A DNA stretch of 64,000 bases from Akkermansia sp. (GTDB taxonomy: Bacteria; Verrucomicrobiota; Verrucomicrobiia; Verrucomicrobiales; Akkermansiaceae). The DNA lies in contig JAZONE010000101.1 in the NCBI GenBank assembly GCA_045654325.1, forward strand, positions 62,077 to 126,076, read 5' to 3'. Below, in pieces: positions 29,977 to 39,482 of the stretch. Under the pieces are notes generated by a model that saw only the letters and a program-made list of their open reading frames with translations, was not told the DNA's origin and made no database searches. Every line of letters starts with the position of its first letter. Positions within the stretch are counted from its first letter, which is position 1. Both the position numbers and the translations under genes were made by a program.

Positions 29977-30447
29977 ATGCCCGGTTCATCAGAACTTTAT
30001 CGCCCGAATGCCGCTATTATCTACCAACGTGCCGATGGCAGAGTGTTGCTCTGCGAGCGCGTGAAGCCTGCCGGTGCATGGCAGTTCCCGCAGGGGGGTA
30101 TCAAGAAAGGCGAATCAGCTCTCGATGCGGCCTGCCGTGAAGGTATGGAGGAAACAGGTTTCCGCCCTAATGAGTATGAGGTCGTGGCAGCCCGCGGACC
30201 GTACCGTTATAATTATCCTCCGAAGGAGCGCGAGCGCGTGCTTCTGAAGCGTGGTATTCCGTATGCCGGGCAGGAGCAGCATTACTTCCTGTGTCTCATG
30301 CATAGTGACCAGGCGGAACCCTGGCTGGATCACAAGGAATTCCGCGATTATAAGTGGGTACTCCCGTCTGAAGTGGACCTCGGGGCGCTTCCGGATTTTA
30401 AACGCTCTGTCTATGAACAGGTGCTGCGCGATTTCTTCAATGTGTGA
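29977..30447 (+). CDS. RppH-like NUDIX hydrolase (RNA pyrophosphohydrolase)
   Basis: YRPNAA, WQFPQGGI..GES..AACREGMEETG, GQEQHYF and FKRSVY. Confidence 0.85.
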   Translation: MPGSSELYRPNAAIIYQRADGRVLLCERVKPAGAWQFPQGGIKKGESALDAACREGMEETGFRPNEYEVVAARGPYRYNYPPKERERVLLKRGIPYAGQEQHYFLCLMHSDQAEPWLDHKEFRDYKWVLPSEVDLGALPDFKRSVYEQVLRDFFNV

Positions 30448-31108
30448 GATTCAGCCCATTGCGTTTATACGCAGTCCCTTTGCTGAGAAGTTCGGCGTGC
30501 CCCGGCAAGGGAATCTGGCTCCGCATGTTGTGAGCGAAATTGTGTTTGAGCCTGCTTTCTGCAATGCAGATTGTGTGCGGGGGCTTGAGCAGTTCTCGCA
30601 CCTCTGGCTTATCTGGCAGTTTCATCGCAATGGCTCTGCCTGGCACCCCACTGTGCGCCCGCCGCGTCTGGGCGGAAATACGCGACTCGGTGTATTTGCT
30701 ACGCGTTCTCCATTCCGCCCGAATGGCCTCGGGCTTTCGGTCGTGAAGCTGGTTTCGGTGGAGCCGGGGCCTGTGCTGCGGGTTTCCGGTGCGGATATGG
30801 TTGATGGAACGCCTATTTTTGACATCAAACCTTATGTGCCATACTCGGATGCCATTCCTGAAGCTGCGTCCGGGTTTACGGAGACTCCCTGGGAACCATT
30901 GAGCGTGGTCATGCCGCAGAAATTGCCTGCCGGAGCCTCTGCGGAATGGGTGGCTGCACTGCATGAAACGCTGGCGCAGGACCCGCGACCTGCCTATCAG
31001 CAGGATGCTGAGCGGGTCTACCACCTGGTGCTCAAACCTTTTGAAGTTCATTTCCGGGTAGAGGGAACCTGCGCTGTTGTTACTGCCATTACCCCTTATG
31101 AAGCGTGA
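30440..31108 (+). CDS. tsaA: tRNA m6t6A37 methyltransferase TrmO
   Basis: KFGVPRQG, VRPPRLGGN, GVFATRSPFRPNGLGLS, DGTPIFDIKPY and QDPRPAY. Confidence 0.95.
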   Translation: MCEIQPIAFIRSPFAEKFGVPRQGNLAPHVVSEIVFEPAFCNADCVRGLEQFSHLWLIWQFHRNGSAWHPTVRPPRLGGNTRLGVFATRSPFRPNGLGLSVVKLVSVEPGPVLRVSGADMVDGTPIFDIKPYVPYSDAIPEAASGFTETPWEPLSVVMPQKLPAGASAEWVAALHETLAQDPRPAYQQDAERVYHLVLKPFEVHFRVEGTCAVVTAITPYEA

Positions 31109-32150
31109 TTGGATAGAGGAACTGGAACGCCGTTTTCACGCACATCTCGTGGGCGGGGCTTCCGTATCTATCTGGCAGAGGGGGGAGGAAATAGCGACCT
31201 TCAGTGGAGGCGAAGGGTGGAATCACGATACGCTTGTGCCTGTTTTTTCCGCCACAAAGCCGGCAGCCGCGCTTTGCCTTCTTCTGGCGCTGCATGATTG
31301 CTGTCGTGGACCTGAGCTGGAGGTGGGTGCTTTATGGCCGGAGTTTCCGGCGCCGCGCTGCACTGTGGGTGAATTGCTTTCGCACCAGTGTGGGCTGGCT
31401 GCGCTGAGTTCGGCCGCGCCGTTGGAGAACCTTGCTGCGTGTCGTGAAGCCATAGAGCGCAGCACGCCGGCCTGGCAACCACCACAACATGGGTATCATC
31501 CGCAGACCTTCGGACCACTGGTCGACATACTCATGCTGGAACTCACCGGAATGCGGGTCGGTGAGTTCTGGGAACAGCGTGTTCGCCGTCCATCAGGACT
31601 GGATTTCTATATCGGCTTGCCATCAAGCGAGTTCAATCGAGTGGCTGCTCTGCAGGCTCCTCGTATTCAGCCTGGTTACATGTCACAGGATGCTTTCTAC
31701 CGCGCTTACTTTGACGCGAACTCGCCGGTATACCGGGCATTTCACAGTATTGAGGGATTCGGGACCCCCAGAGAGATGAGTACGCCGGCTGCCTGGCAGT
31801 GCGCGAGTCCCGCAAAAGGCGGCGTAGCCAGTGCACGTGGCCTTGCTCAGTTTTATCAGATCCTCATGAGTGACTTCATACCCGCAGAGGTGAGGGAGTG
31901 GCTGGCAACGCCTCAGTGCAGCGGCTGGGATCTCACCTTGCAGCAGCATACCTCATTCACCTGTGGTGCTATGTGTGAACCGGCGCATTTATTCCCCGGA
32001 GGTGGTTTTGGTCATGCAGGCGCCGGGGGGAGTCACGCCTTCTGCTCGCCGGTATCTGGAATTTCCTTTGCCTATGTCATGAACCGTATGGAATTGGGGA
32101 ATCTTCCCGGCGCCCGCGTTGAGACCTTGCTTGAACTGTTGCCTTGCTGA
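31098..32150 (+). CDS. Serine hydrolase, beta-lactamase/esterase (EstB-like) family
   Basis: FSATK (SxxK), LLSHQCGL, HGYH and FGHAGAGG. Confidence 0.88.
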   Translation: MKRDWIEELERRFHAHLVGGASVSIWQRGEEIATFSGGEGWNHDTLVPVFSATKPAAALCLLLALHDCCRGPELEVGALWPEFPAPRCTVGELLSHQCGLAALSSAAPLENLAACREAIERSTPAWQPPQHGYHPQTFGPLVDILMLELTGMRVGEFWEQRVRRPSGLDFYIGLPSSEFNRVAALQAPRIQPGYMSQDAFYRAYFDANSPVYRAFHSIEGFGTPREMSTPAAWQCASPAKGGVASARGLAQFYQILMSDFIPAEVREWLATPQCSGWDLTLQQHTSFTCGAMCEPAHLFPGGGFGHAGAGGSHAFCSPVSGISFAYVMNRMELGNLPGARVETLLELLPC

Positions 32151-32198
32151 GCCGGGAAATCATGACAGCTTTGCCGTTATGTATGGCCAATAAAAGCG

Positions 32199-32226
32199 TT
32201 GACAATGAGGGGTGGCGTGGTAGAAT
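32199..32226 (+). promoter_or_regulatory. Sigma70 promoter of the tryptophanase-like gene
   Basis: TTGACA, N16, TAGAAT with an extended TG. Confidence 0.65.
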
Positions 32227-32286
32227 CAGGCCGCGTTTTCTGAGCGAAAGCCAGGCGCGTTCATATTTACATACCGAATTAAAGTC

Positions 32287-33738
32287 ATGTCTATCGTTAA
32301 GTTTTACAAGGAAGAGCACCAGGTGCCGTTGGAAATGCACAAGGTGCGCGTGGTGCAGAAACTGTTCCTGCCCACAGTAGAAGAGCGCGTGCAGAAGCTG
32401 CGCGAAGCCGGCAACAACACGTTCCTGCTGCAGAATAAGGATGTGTTCATGGACATGCTCACCGACTCGGGTGTGAACGCTATGAGTGACAACCAGGTGG
32501 CTGCTTCCATGCAGGCTGACGACTCCTACGCCGGTTCTGAGACGTTCAACCGTCTTGCCAAGGTTATCGAGCAGGTGTTCGGTACCAAGCATTTCCTGCC
32601 TGCTCACCAGGGTCGCGCTTGTGAGAATATTCTTGCTGAGACCTTTGTGAAGGAAGGCGACGTGGTGCCCATGAACTTCCACTTCACCACCACTAAGGCA
32701 CACATCACCCGCAAGGGTGGCCGCGTGGAGGAACTCATCACCGAAGAAGGCCTCGACCCCAACCTCGATCTGCCGTTCAAGGGTAATTTCGACATTGAGC
32801 GCCTTCGCAACCTGATTCAGGAAGTGGGTCCCGACCATGTTCCCTTTGTTCGTATCGAAGCCGGCACCAACCTGATTGGCGGTCAGCCTCTTTCCATGCA
32901 GAACATGCTGGACGTAGCTGCCGTGTGTAAGGAGTTCGGCGTGATGTGCGTGCTCGATGCCTCTCTGCTGCAGGACAACCTGTACTTCATCAAGACCCGT
33001 GAAGAGGCCGCCAAGAATATGACCATCGCTGAAATCATCCGTAAGATTGCGGATGAGATGGATCTTATCTACTTCTCCAGCCGCAAGCTGGGCTTTGCCC
33101 GCGGTGGTGCCATTATCTCCAACAACGAGAAGCTCATCCTCAAGATGAAGGCCTTCATTCCGCTGTACGAAGGTTTCCTGACCTACGGTGGTATGGAAGT
33201 GCGCGCCATGGAAGCCATGGCCGTTGGTCTGCTTGAGACTCTGGACGAGGAAATCATCAACCAGGGCCCCATCTTCATCGAATACCTGGTGAAGGAACTT
33301 TCTGAATACGGTGTGCCCATGGTGAAGCCCGCCGGTGGTCTGGGTGCTCACATCAACGCTTCTGAGTTCCTGCCCAACATTCCGCACGAGCAGTATCCCG
33401 CCGGTGCACTGGCCACGGCTCTGTACATTGCCGGTGGTATCCGCGGCATGGAGCGCGGCTCCCTTTCCGAGCAGCGCAACCCCGATGGCTCTGAGAACTA
33501 TGCCGAGCTCGAGCTGGTGCGTCTGGCCTGCCCCCGCCGCGTGTTCACCCTGTCTCAGGTCAAGTACTGCGCTGACCGCGTGAAGTGGTTGTACGACAAT
33601 CGTGAGCTTATCGGTGGTCTGAAGTGGGTAGAAGAGCCCGAGGTGCTCCGCTTCTTCTTCGGCCGTCTGCAGCCGCTCAGCGACTGGCAGGAGAAGCTTG
33701 CCGCCAAGTTCCGCGAGGACTTCGGTGAAAGCCTGTAA
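32287..33738 (+). CDS. tnaA: Tryptophanase / tyrosine phenol-lyase family PLP beta-eliminating lyase
   Basis: DMLTDSG, AHQGRACE, HFTTT, GGQP, YEGFLTYGG and ELVRLACPRRV. The PLP-lysine region SSRK is atypical, so substrate is uncertain. Confidence 0.75.
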   Translation: MSIVKFYKEEHQVPLEMHKVRVVQKLFLPTVEERVQKLREAGNNTFLLQNKDVFMDMLTDSGVNAMSDNQVAASMQADDSYAGSETFNRLAKVIEQVFGTKHFLPAHQGRACENILAETFVKEGDVVPMNFHFTTTKAHITRKGGRVEELITEEGLDPNLDLPFKGNFDIERLRNLIQEVGPDHVPFVRIEAGTNLIGGQPLSMQNMLDVAAVCKEFGVMCVLDASLLQDNLYFIKTREEAAKNMTIAEIIRKIADEMDLIYFSSRKLGFARGGAIISNNEKLILKMKAFIPLYEGFLTYGGMEVRAMEAMAVGLLETLDEEIINQGPIFIEYLVKELSEYGVPMVKPAGGLGAHINASEFLPNIPHEQYPAGALATALYIAGGIRGMERGSLSEQRNPDGSENYAELELVRLACPRRVFTLSQVKYCADRVKWLYDNRELIGGLKWVEEPEVLRFFFGRLQPLSDWQEKLAAKFREDFGESL

Positions 33739-33760
33739 TAGTTCTTCTGTTTGTAAATCA

Positions 33761-33797
33761 GAAAAGCCTCCGGTGAGATACGCCGGAGGCTTTTTTT
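33761..33797. terminator. Bidirectional terminator
   Basis: gaaaagcctccgg ... ccggaggcttttttt. Confidence 0.8.
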
Positions 33798-33838
33798 CTG
33801 CATATGGCAGGAGCTGGCTGCGGAAGCTGAGTATAAGC

Positions 33839-34411
33839 TTATTCGCCGGCAGAAGGAGAGACGATGCATGCCTCCACCGCAGGGGGGAGCCACCCGGCAG
33901 GTATGGTGGAGCCGTTCCTGAGACATTCGCGTATGTGCGAGGACGAAGCCGGGTGCATGCCGGTGCAGATGAAGCTGCTCCGCACACCGACGCGCGGCCG
34001 GGGTGCTTCTTCACGGTGGTAGACGATGAAGTGCAGCAGCTCACAAAGGTAGTCGTAGCGCGCCCAGCGGTGCAGTTGTTCCCATTGGTCAGTACCCATG
34101 AGCCAGAAAAGTTCGGTTCCGGGGTATTGCTGATGCCAGTGTTCCGCAATACGCCAGCTCCAGCTGGGTGGGGGAAGTTGCAGGTCGAGCTCGCTCACAC
34201 GCGCCCAGGGGAAATCTGCCGTGGCAAGCTGCAGCATCTGCAGCCGCTGGGCATCATTGAACAACGTGGTCTTGCCTTGCTTGAAGGGGGAACATGCTGC
34301 CGGGAGGAAAACGACTTCATCCAGCCCGCATTCGCGCTGCGCTGCGGCGGCAATATGCAGGTGCCCTGCATGAACCGGATCAAAGGAACCGCCGAACAGA
34401 CACGTTTTCAT
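33839..34411 (-). CDS. nadD: Nicotinate-nucleotide adenylyltransferase
   Basis: FGGSFDPVHAGH, SPFK, WLMGTD and ASSSHIR. Confidence 0.92.
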   Translation of the reverse strand: MKTCLFGGSFDPVHAGHLHIAAAAQRECGLDEVVFLPAACSPFKQGKTTLFNDAQRLQMLQLATADFPWARVSELDLQLPPPSWSWRIAEHWHQQYPGTELFWLMGTDQWEQLHRWARYDYLCELLHFIVYHREEAPRPRVGVRSSFICTGMHPASSSHIRECLRNGSTIPAGWLPPAVEACIVSPSAGE

Positions 34412-35095
34412 TTACAGACCCGTGGTGTTCTTGTAAGGCAGGAAACCACCAATGGGGAGTTTCACAAACTTACGTTCTTCGGGCAGGCGGCGGTAGTGTT
34501 TGATGAATTCTGTCAGGTTTCCGTAGTTCGAGGCATTCTTGGGAATACCCTGGTGTCCGCAGTTCACAAGCACGTTGAAATGCAGCTCTGCGTGCAGGTG
34601 GGCAGTGAACATGCCGTCGTTGGTGCCGATGGTGCCAACCTGTGCGCCGCGCCCCACCAGCTGACCAAGGCGCACAGTGATGCGGTCAAGGTGGGAATAC
34701 AAGGACTGGCAGCAGAGAACCTTGCCGCTCTTGGGCTCGCGGAAGGCGTGGCGCACAATCACCACCTTGCCCCAGCGCCCCTTGGCATCTGCTGCATAGG
34801 TTACAAGACCCATGCCGATGGAATAAACGGGGTCTCCTAAGTCGGAGTTGCCGCCGCCTACACCATTCCAGTCTTCACCCAGGTGCCGGGGCGTGGCCAG
34901 ACGAAGCCCGCGGGATTTGTAATATCCCTTGCCATCGGGCTTGCCGACAGGAAAGTCAAATCCGTCTGCCAGCGGAACAAAAGCCCATTTACCATCAGGC
35001 GTTTTCCTGGCCATCACCACAGCTTCAGCCTGCAGTCCGGCTGTTGCCAGCACCATGGCTGACACTAGTAACAGAAGTCGGAAAACGCGGAACAT
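34412..35095 (-). CDS. M23 family metallopeptidase
   Basis: Signal peptide, HLGED (HxxxD), YSHL and AHLH. Confidence 0.88.
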   Translation of the reverse strand: MFRVFRLLLLVSAMVLATAGLQAEAVVMARKTPDGKWAFVPLADGFDFPVGKPDGKGYYKSRGLRLATPRHLGEDWNGVGGGNSDLGDPVYSIGMGLVTYAADAKGRWGKVVIVRHAFREPKSGKVLCCQSLYSHLDRITVRLGQLVGRGAQVGTIGTNDGMFTAHLHAELHFNVLVNCGHQGIPKNASNYGNLTEFIKHYRRLPEERKFVKLPIGGFLPYKNTTGL

Positions 35096-35161
35096 GGCAG
35101 CATGCTATCATATGCATCCCCCCTCTGGCAAGCATCAAAATTGCCATGTTTTGCTTTAGTT

Positions 35162-35470
35162 TCAGCCTGTGTCCTGTCCGGACTTCAATTGCCCATCCAT
35201 GATGCAGGCCGGACGGTTTTCTTCAGGTAGCGCTGAGCATTGAAGTTGTAATTCCTGCAGCTCAGGCCACACTTCTGCTGCTGGTGGGGGTGCGATAATA
35301 TCATTGCTGAGCAACCAGCGGATGAAATCCTCATCGCCGCAGCGGAGAAGCCTGCTGCATTCCGGTAGCGGAATGCGGCTGCCAAGTAATCGGCGGGCTT
35401 CTTCCGGGGCACGGTTCTCATATGCCGTATGTACAGCCTGCCATAAGTCTGCATGAAAGGGTAGTTCCAT
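35162..35470 (-). CDS. Small hypothetical protein
   Basis: ATG ORF filling the gap downstream of the ADH gene in the same orientation. Confidence 0.45.
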   Translation of the reverse strand: MELPFHADLWQAVHTAYENRAPEEARRLLGSRIPLPECSRLLRCGDEDFIRWLLSNDIIAPPPAAEVWPELQELQLQCSALPEENRPACIMDGQLKSGQDTG

Positions 35471-35511
35471 GCAGAATCTGACACGGAGTTACCGTGTGCT
35501 GTTTAATAACA

Positions 35512-36705
35512 TCAGGTGGCAGCCTTGTATATGGCTGTAGCTTCTTCAGCCGTTATGGGATGAACCCCTGCCAGCGTAGGTACTGCTGCTCCGCCGCCGT
35601 ATACCTTGCAGGCAGCCTGTGCCATTGCCGCAAAGTCGGCATCTGCGGGAATGCCGAGCTCCCGCATGTTCTGAGGAAGCCCCAGCTCACGGTACCAGTT
35701 TCTCAGTCTTGCTATACCTTCGCGGATTACGGCCGCTGTGTCACGGTGTGGCGGTACGCCCATAACATTGGTGGCCCACTGGGCAAAAATACCCGTGTTG
35801 TAGTTGCAGACGGCTTCCATGTAGGCAGGAATAATTACAGCCAGACCACCACCATGAGGCACATCGTACAAGGCGCTCAGTTCATGCTCGAGTGCGTGGC
35901 ATGCCCAGCTTTGTTCGCGTCCCAGTCCCAGTAAATCGTTGTGTGCCACGGTGCCGCTGAGGGCGAGCTGCCCCCAGGCATCCGTGTTGCCTAAATCGGT
36001 ATTCAGGATGCGTGCCTGCGCCATGATGGTGCGCATGGTGGCTTCGGCCAGAGCATCAGTCAGGGCGGTATTGGTGGTGTTGGTGAAGTAGCGTTCGAAG
36101 ATGTGGCAGAGCATATCGCACGCGCCGTAGGCCATTTGTTCCCGGGGCAGAGTCAGGAAGAGAGTCGGATCTACGATGCTGAGCACCGGGCGAAGCCCCA
36201 TGTGCTTGAAACCGAGCTTCCGCCCGGTTGCTTCATCGGAAAGTACCGTATTGGGGCTGTTTTCGCTACCTGCGGCAGGCAGGGTAAGCACCGTGGCAAC
36301 GGGAAGCGGGCCATGCTCCGGTACAGAACCTTTTTTCGAGTAGAGTTCCCATACATCGCAGGTATTGGGAACACCGATGGCTATGCCTTTAGCTGAATCG
36401 ATGACGCTTCCGCCGCCCACGGCCAGTACCAGGTCAACCTTCTCGCGACGGCACAGCTCTATACCTTTCCGTACCAGCGTTACGCTGGGGTTCGGTTTGA
36501 CGCCTCCCAATTCCACATAGTCAATTCCTGCTTCTTTCAGGCAATGGCGCATGGTGTCAAGAAGTCCGTTGCGGATGACGCTTCCGCCGCCATAGTGCAG
36601 CAGAACCTTGTTTCTGACAACGGGGCGGAGCAGGGTGCCCAGATTGCGATGTTCGCTCGGGCCGAAAACGTAGCGGGTTGGGTTGCAGTAATCGAAGTTC
36701 AGCAT
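35512..36705 (-). CDS. Iron-containing alcohol dehydrogenase (NADH-dependent butanol dehydrogenase-like)
   Basis: GGVKPNP, GGGSVIDSAK, TLPAAGSE, HALEHELS and HGGGLA. Confidence 0.93.
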   Translation of the reverse strand: MLNFDYCNPTRYVFGPSEHRNLGTLLRPVVRNKVLLHYGGGSVIRNGLLDTMRHCLKEAGIDYVELGGVKPNPSVTLVRKGIELCRREKVDLVLAVGGGSVIDSAKGIAIGVPNTCDVWELYSKKGSVPEHGPLPVATVLTLPAAGSENSPNTVLSDEATGRKLGFKHMGLRPVLSIVDPTLFLTLPREQMAYGACDMLCHIFERYFTNTTNTALTDALAEATMRTIMAQARILNTDLGNTDAWGQLALSGTVAHNDLLGLGREQSWACHALEHELSALYDVPHGGGLAVIIPAYMEAVCNYNTGIFAQWATNVMGVPPHRDTAAVIREGIARLRNWYRELGLPQNMRELGIPADADFAAMAQAACKVYGGGAAVPTLAGVHPITAEEATAIYKAAT

Positions 36706-36804
36706 GTTGGCACTTTAACACGTTGCTGGGTGTTTGTCGATGCAAAATGACGCCAAAAGGGGTTGCTTATTGTACGAGTGCGGGGTAGAATGGCGCGTCT
36801 TGTC

Positions 36805-37947
36805 ATGCGAATGAAGTTTGCCCAATATTTAGTCTGTTCGTTTGCCTTGGCGGGTATGGTGGCCTGTAATCAGCAGAGCCAGAGTACTGTCGTGCCGCAT
36901 ACTACTCCTGAGGTAAAGCCCCAGCCTCAACCCGGTTCTGAGCCCAAGCCTGAGCCGGCCAAGCCGAAACCTGCTGTAAAACCCCAACCGACCAAGCCCG
37001 TTAAGCCGGTTCAGCCTGTTAAGCCTGTTAAGCCTGTGCAACCGGTTACGCCGGTGGAACCTCAGCAGCCGCAGATTCCCGGGGGACAGGCCGAGGTGAC
37101 GGTGGTGACTCCTCCCGCACCGGTACAGCAGCCTGTTAAACTCAAGCCTCTGGGTAAGCGCGTATCGCATGTTCCGATGAAAGGAAAATATGTGGCATTG
37201 ACTTTCGATGATGGTCCGCACGCGTCCCTGACTCCCCGAGCTCTTGATATTCTGAACAGACATGGCGCCAAGGGCACATTTTTCATGCTGGGGCAGAATG
37301 CCTCCCGCAATAAGTCCATTGTAGCCCGCGCTGCCGCCGAGGGCCATGAGCTGGGTGTTCATACCTGGTCTCATATCAAGATGAATTCCTCTTCCCGCGC
37401 CAAGGTAGATAATGAAGTGAGCCGAACCCAGAAGGTGCTGGCAGAGGCCAGCGGTGTGACGCCCCGCGTGATGCGTCCTCCCTACGGAGCTACGAATAAG
37501 ACACTGGTCAATCATATGCATGACCACTATGGCATGGCCTCCATTCTCTGGGATGTGGACACCCTGGATTGGCGCAAGCCCGGCGTGAGCAAGGTTATCA
37601 ATACCGCTGTGAATGAAGCCAAGCCCGGCTCCATCATTCTGGTGCACGATATCCATGCTTCCACTCTGGATGCTCTGGAAGGAATTGTAACCGGCCTTCA
37701 GGCTCGTGGCTTTAAGCTTGTAACAGTTTCTGAGCTGATGCAGATTGGTAAACGTGAAGCAGCGGAGGCTGCAGCAGCAGCTACTGCCCCGGTGGTCGAG
37801 CCCCAGCCTGTGGAACCTGCCCAGCCGGAAACACCCGCAGCCCTTGAACCTGCCGGGCAGCCCGCTGCTCCCGAACTGGAGACACCTGCCGAATCCTCTG
37901 CCGAGGCAGAACAGCCCCTGCAGCTTGAACAACTTATCCTGAACTGA
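36805..37947 (+). CDS. Polysaccharide/peptidoglycan deacetylase (CE4) lipoprotein with Pro-rich linkers
   Basis: Lipobox MVA-C, then TFDDGP, HTWSH, RPPYG, DTLDW and LVHD. Confidence 0.9.
   Translation: MRMKFAQYLVCSFALAGMVACNQQSQSTVVPHTTPEVKPQPQPGSEPKPEPAKPKPAVKPQPTKPVKPVQPVKPVKPVQPVTPVEPQQPQIPGGQAEVTVVTPPAPVQQPVKLKPLGKRVSHVPMKGKYVALTFDDGPHASLTPRALDILNRHGAKGTFFMLGQNASRNKSIVARAAAEGHELGVHTWSHIKMNSSSRAKVDNEVSRTQKVLAEASGVTPRVMRPPYGATNKTLVNHMHDHYGMASILWDVDTLDWRKPGVSKVINTAVNEAKPGSIILVHDIHASTLDALEGIVTGLQARGFKLVTVSELMQIGKREAAEAAAAATAPVVEPQPVEPAQPETPAALEPAGQPAAPELETPAESSAEAEQPLQLEQLILN
36991..37060 (+). repeat. Imperfect 9-bp coding tandem repeat (K/Q-P-V)
   Basis: aagcccgtt aagccggtt cagcctgtt aagcctgtt aagcctgtg. 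Confidence 0.7.
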
Positions 37948-37952
37948 GAGTT

Positions 37953-39482
37953 ATGGCCCGTAGAAAATCAACTGGAAAGGTTTATCTCATAGGCGCCGGC
38001 CCGGGAGATCCCGGTTTAATGACCCTGAAGGGACGAGATCTCATTGCGCAGGCGGACTGCGTGGTGTACGATGCGCTTGTGTCGCCCGCCATGCTGGCCT
38101 GGATTAAGTCTGGTTGCGAGAAAATTTACGTGGGCAAGCGTGCCGGTAACCATGCTATGCCTCAGGACAAGATAAACGAGCTGCTGGTGGATTGTGCTGA
38201 GAAATATGCATGCACCGTGCGTCTGAAAGGCGGAGACCCCTACGTTTTCGGACGGGGTGGAGAGGAAGCTCTGGCTTTGCATGCTGCCGGTGTGGCTTTT
38301 GAAGTGGTGCCCGGCGTGACTTCCGCCATAGCCGGTCCTGCATGCGCAGGTATTCCTGTAACCCACCGCGACTGCTGCACTCAGTTTACTGTTTTCACCG
38401 GTCATGAGGGGGCTCATAAGACGGAATCGACTCTGGATATCCCCGGCATTGCAGCAGCAGAAGGCACCAAGGTGATGCTCATGGGAATGAGCCATTTGCG
38501 TGAGACGATGCAGTCTCTGGTGGCTGCCGGTCAGCATGCCGATACTCCGGCTGCAGCGGTGCAGTGGGCTGCCACGGGGCGTCAGAAAAGCGTGACGGCT
38601 ACGGTAGCTACTCTTGCAGAGGCCGTGGAATCGGCTGGCATCGCTTCACCTGCTGTTGTGGTCATTGGAGAGGTTGTATCCCTTGCTCCCATGCTGGATT
38701 GGCGTTCCCGGCTTCCGCTTTGCGGCCAGCGCGTGGTGGTAACCCGCACGCGTGAACAGGCGAGCGATTTGAGCAACCAGTTGCTGGCTCTTGGTGCAGA
38801 TGTCATCGAATTACCCACTATCAGAATTGCCGACCCGACCGACCGCCGCGATTTTGCAGAAGCTGTGGTGGATGCGCCTCATTATGACTGGCTTATTTTC
38901 TCCAGTCCGAATGGCGTGCGACGCTTTTTCCAGGCATTCTTTGCAGTGTATGAGGATATTCGCGAGATAGGCGGTGCCCGTATAGCTGCTGTGGGCCCCG
39001 GAACGGCTGCTGAACTCAAAAAATACGGCCTCATGGTTGATGTGATGCCGCAGAAGGCTGTGGCTGAGGAGCTGATTGCTGAGTTCGACCGCAAGGGTGA
39101 TGAGTTCGGCGGTGTGGCCAATGTCACCATGCTCTGGGTACACGGTGAACAGGCTCGCCGCACTATTTACGATGAGCTCATGAAGCGACAGGCTATTGTA
39201 GATGAATGCCTGGCCTACAATACAGTGCCTGAGACGGAGGATGTGTGTGGAGCCCAGACTCGTCTGCGCGAGGAAGGTGCCGATATCATTACCTTTACCA
39301 GCAGCAGTACAGTGCGCCATTTCATGGCGTTGAATATCCCCTTGCCGCAGGGATGCCGCATCGCCAGTATCGGGCCTGTGACCACGGCAACTCTCGCGGA
39401 ATATGGTTTGAAACCCGATGTCGAAGCGGCGAATCATACCATCCCCAGCCTGATTGAAGCAATCGCTACTCTCAAGAAATGA
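37953..39482 (+). CDS. cobA: Uroporphyrinogen-III C-methyltransferase / synthase fusion (CobA/HemD)
   Basis: GAGPGDPG, RLKGGDPYVFGRGGEE and PGVTS, followed by a HemD domain (VTRTREQA, FSSPNGV, FTSSSTV). Confidence 0.94.
   Translation: MARRKSTGKVYLIGAGPGDPGLMTLKGRDLIAQADCVVYDALVSPAMLAWIKSGCEKIYVGKRAGNHAMPQDKINELLVDCAEKYACTVRLKGGDPYVFGRGGEEALALHAAGVAFEVVPGVTSAIAGPACAGIPVTHRDCCTQFTVFTGHEGAHKTESTLDIPGIAAAEGTKVMLMGMSHLRETMQSLVAAGQHADTPAAAVQWAATGRQKSVTATVATLAEAVESAGIASPAVVVIGEVVSLAPMLDWRSRLPLCGQRVVVTRTREQASDLSNQLLALGADVIELPTIRIADPTDRRDFAEAVVDAPHYDWLIFSSPNGVRRFFQAFFAVYEDIREIGGARIAAVGPGTAAELKKYGLMVDVMPQKAVAEELIAEFDRKGDEFGGVANVTMLWVHGEQARRTIYDELMKRQAIVDECLAYNTVPETEDVCGAQTRLREEGADIITFTSSSTVRHFMALNIPLPQGCRIASIGPVTTATLAEYGLKPDVEAANHTIPSLIEAIATLKK

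Noticed and set aside
32227-32286. tnaC-like leader peptide
   Set aside because: The leader is too short and has no Trp-containing mini-ORF.
32077-34840. 690-aa (-) and 380-aa (+) ORFs overlapping tnaA, nadD and the M23 gene
   Set aside because: They overlap motif-supported genes on the opposite strand, cross a terminator, and have no recognisable domains.
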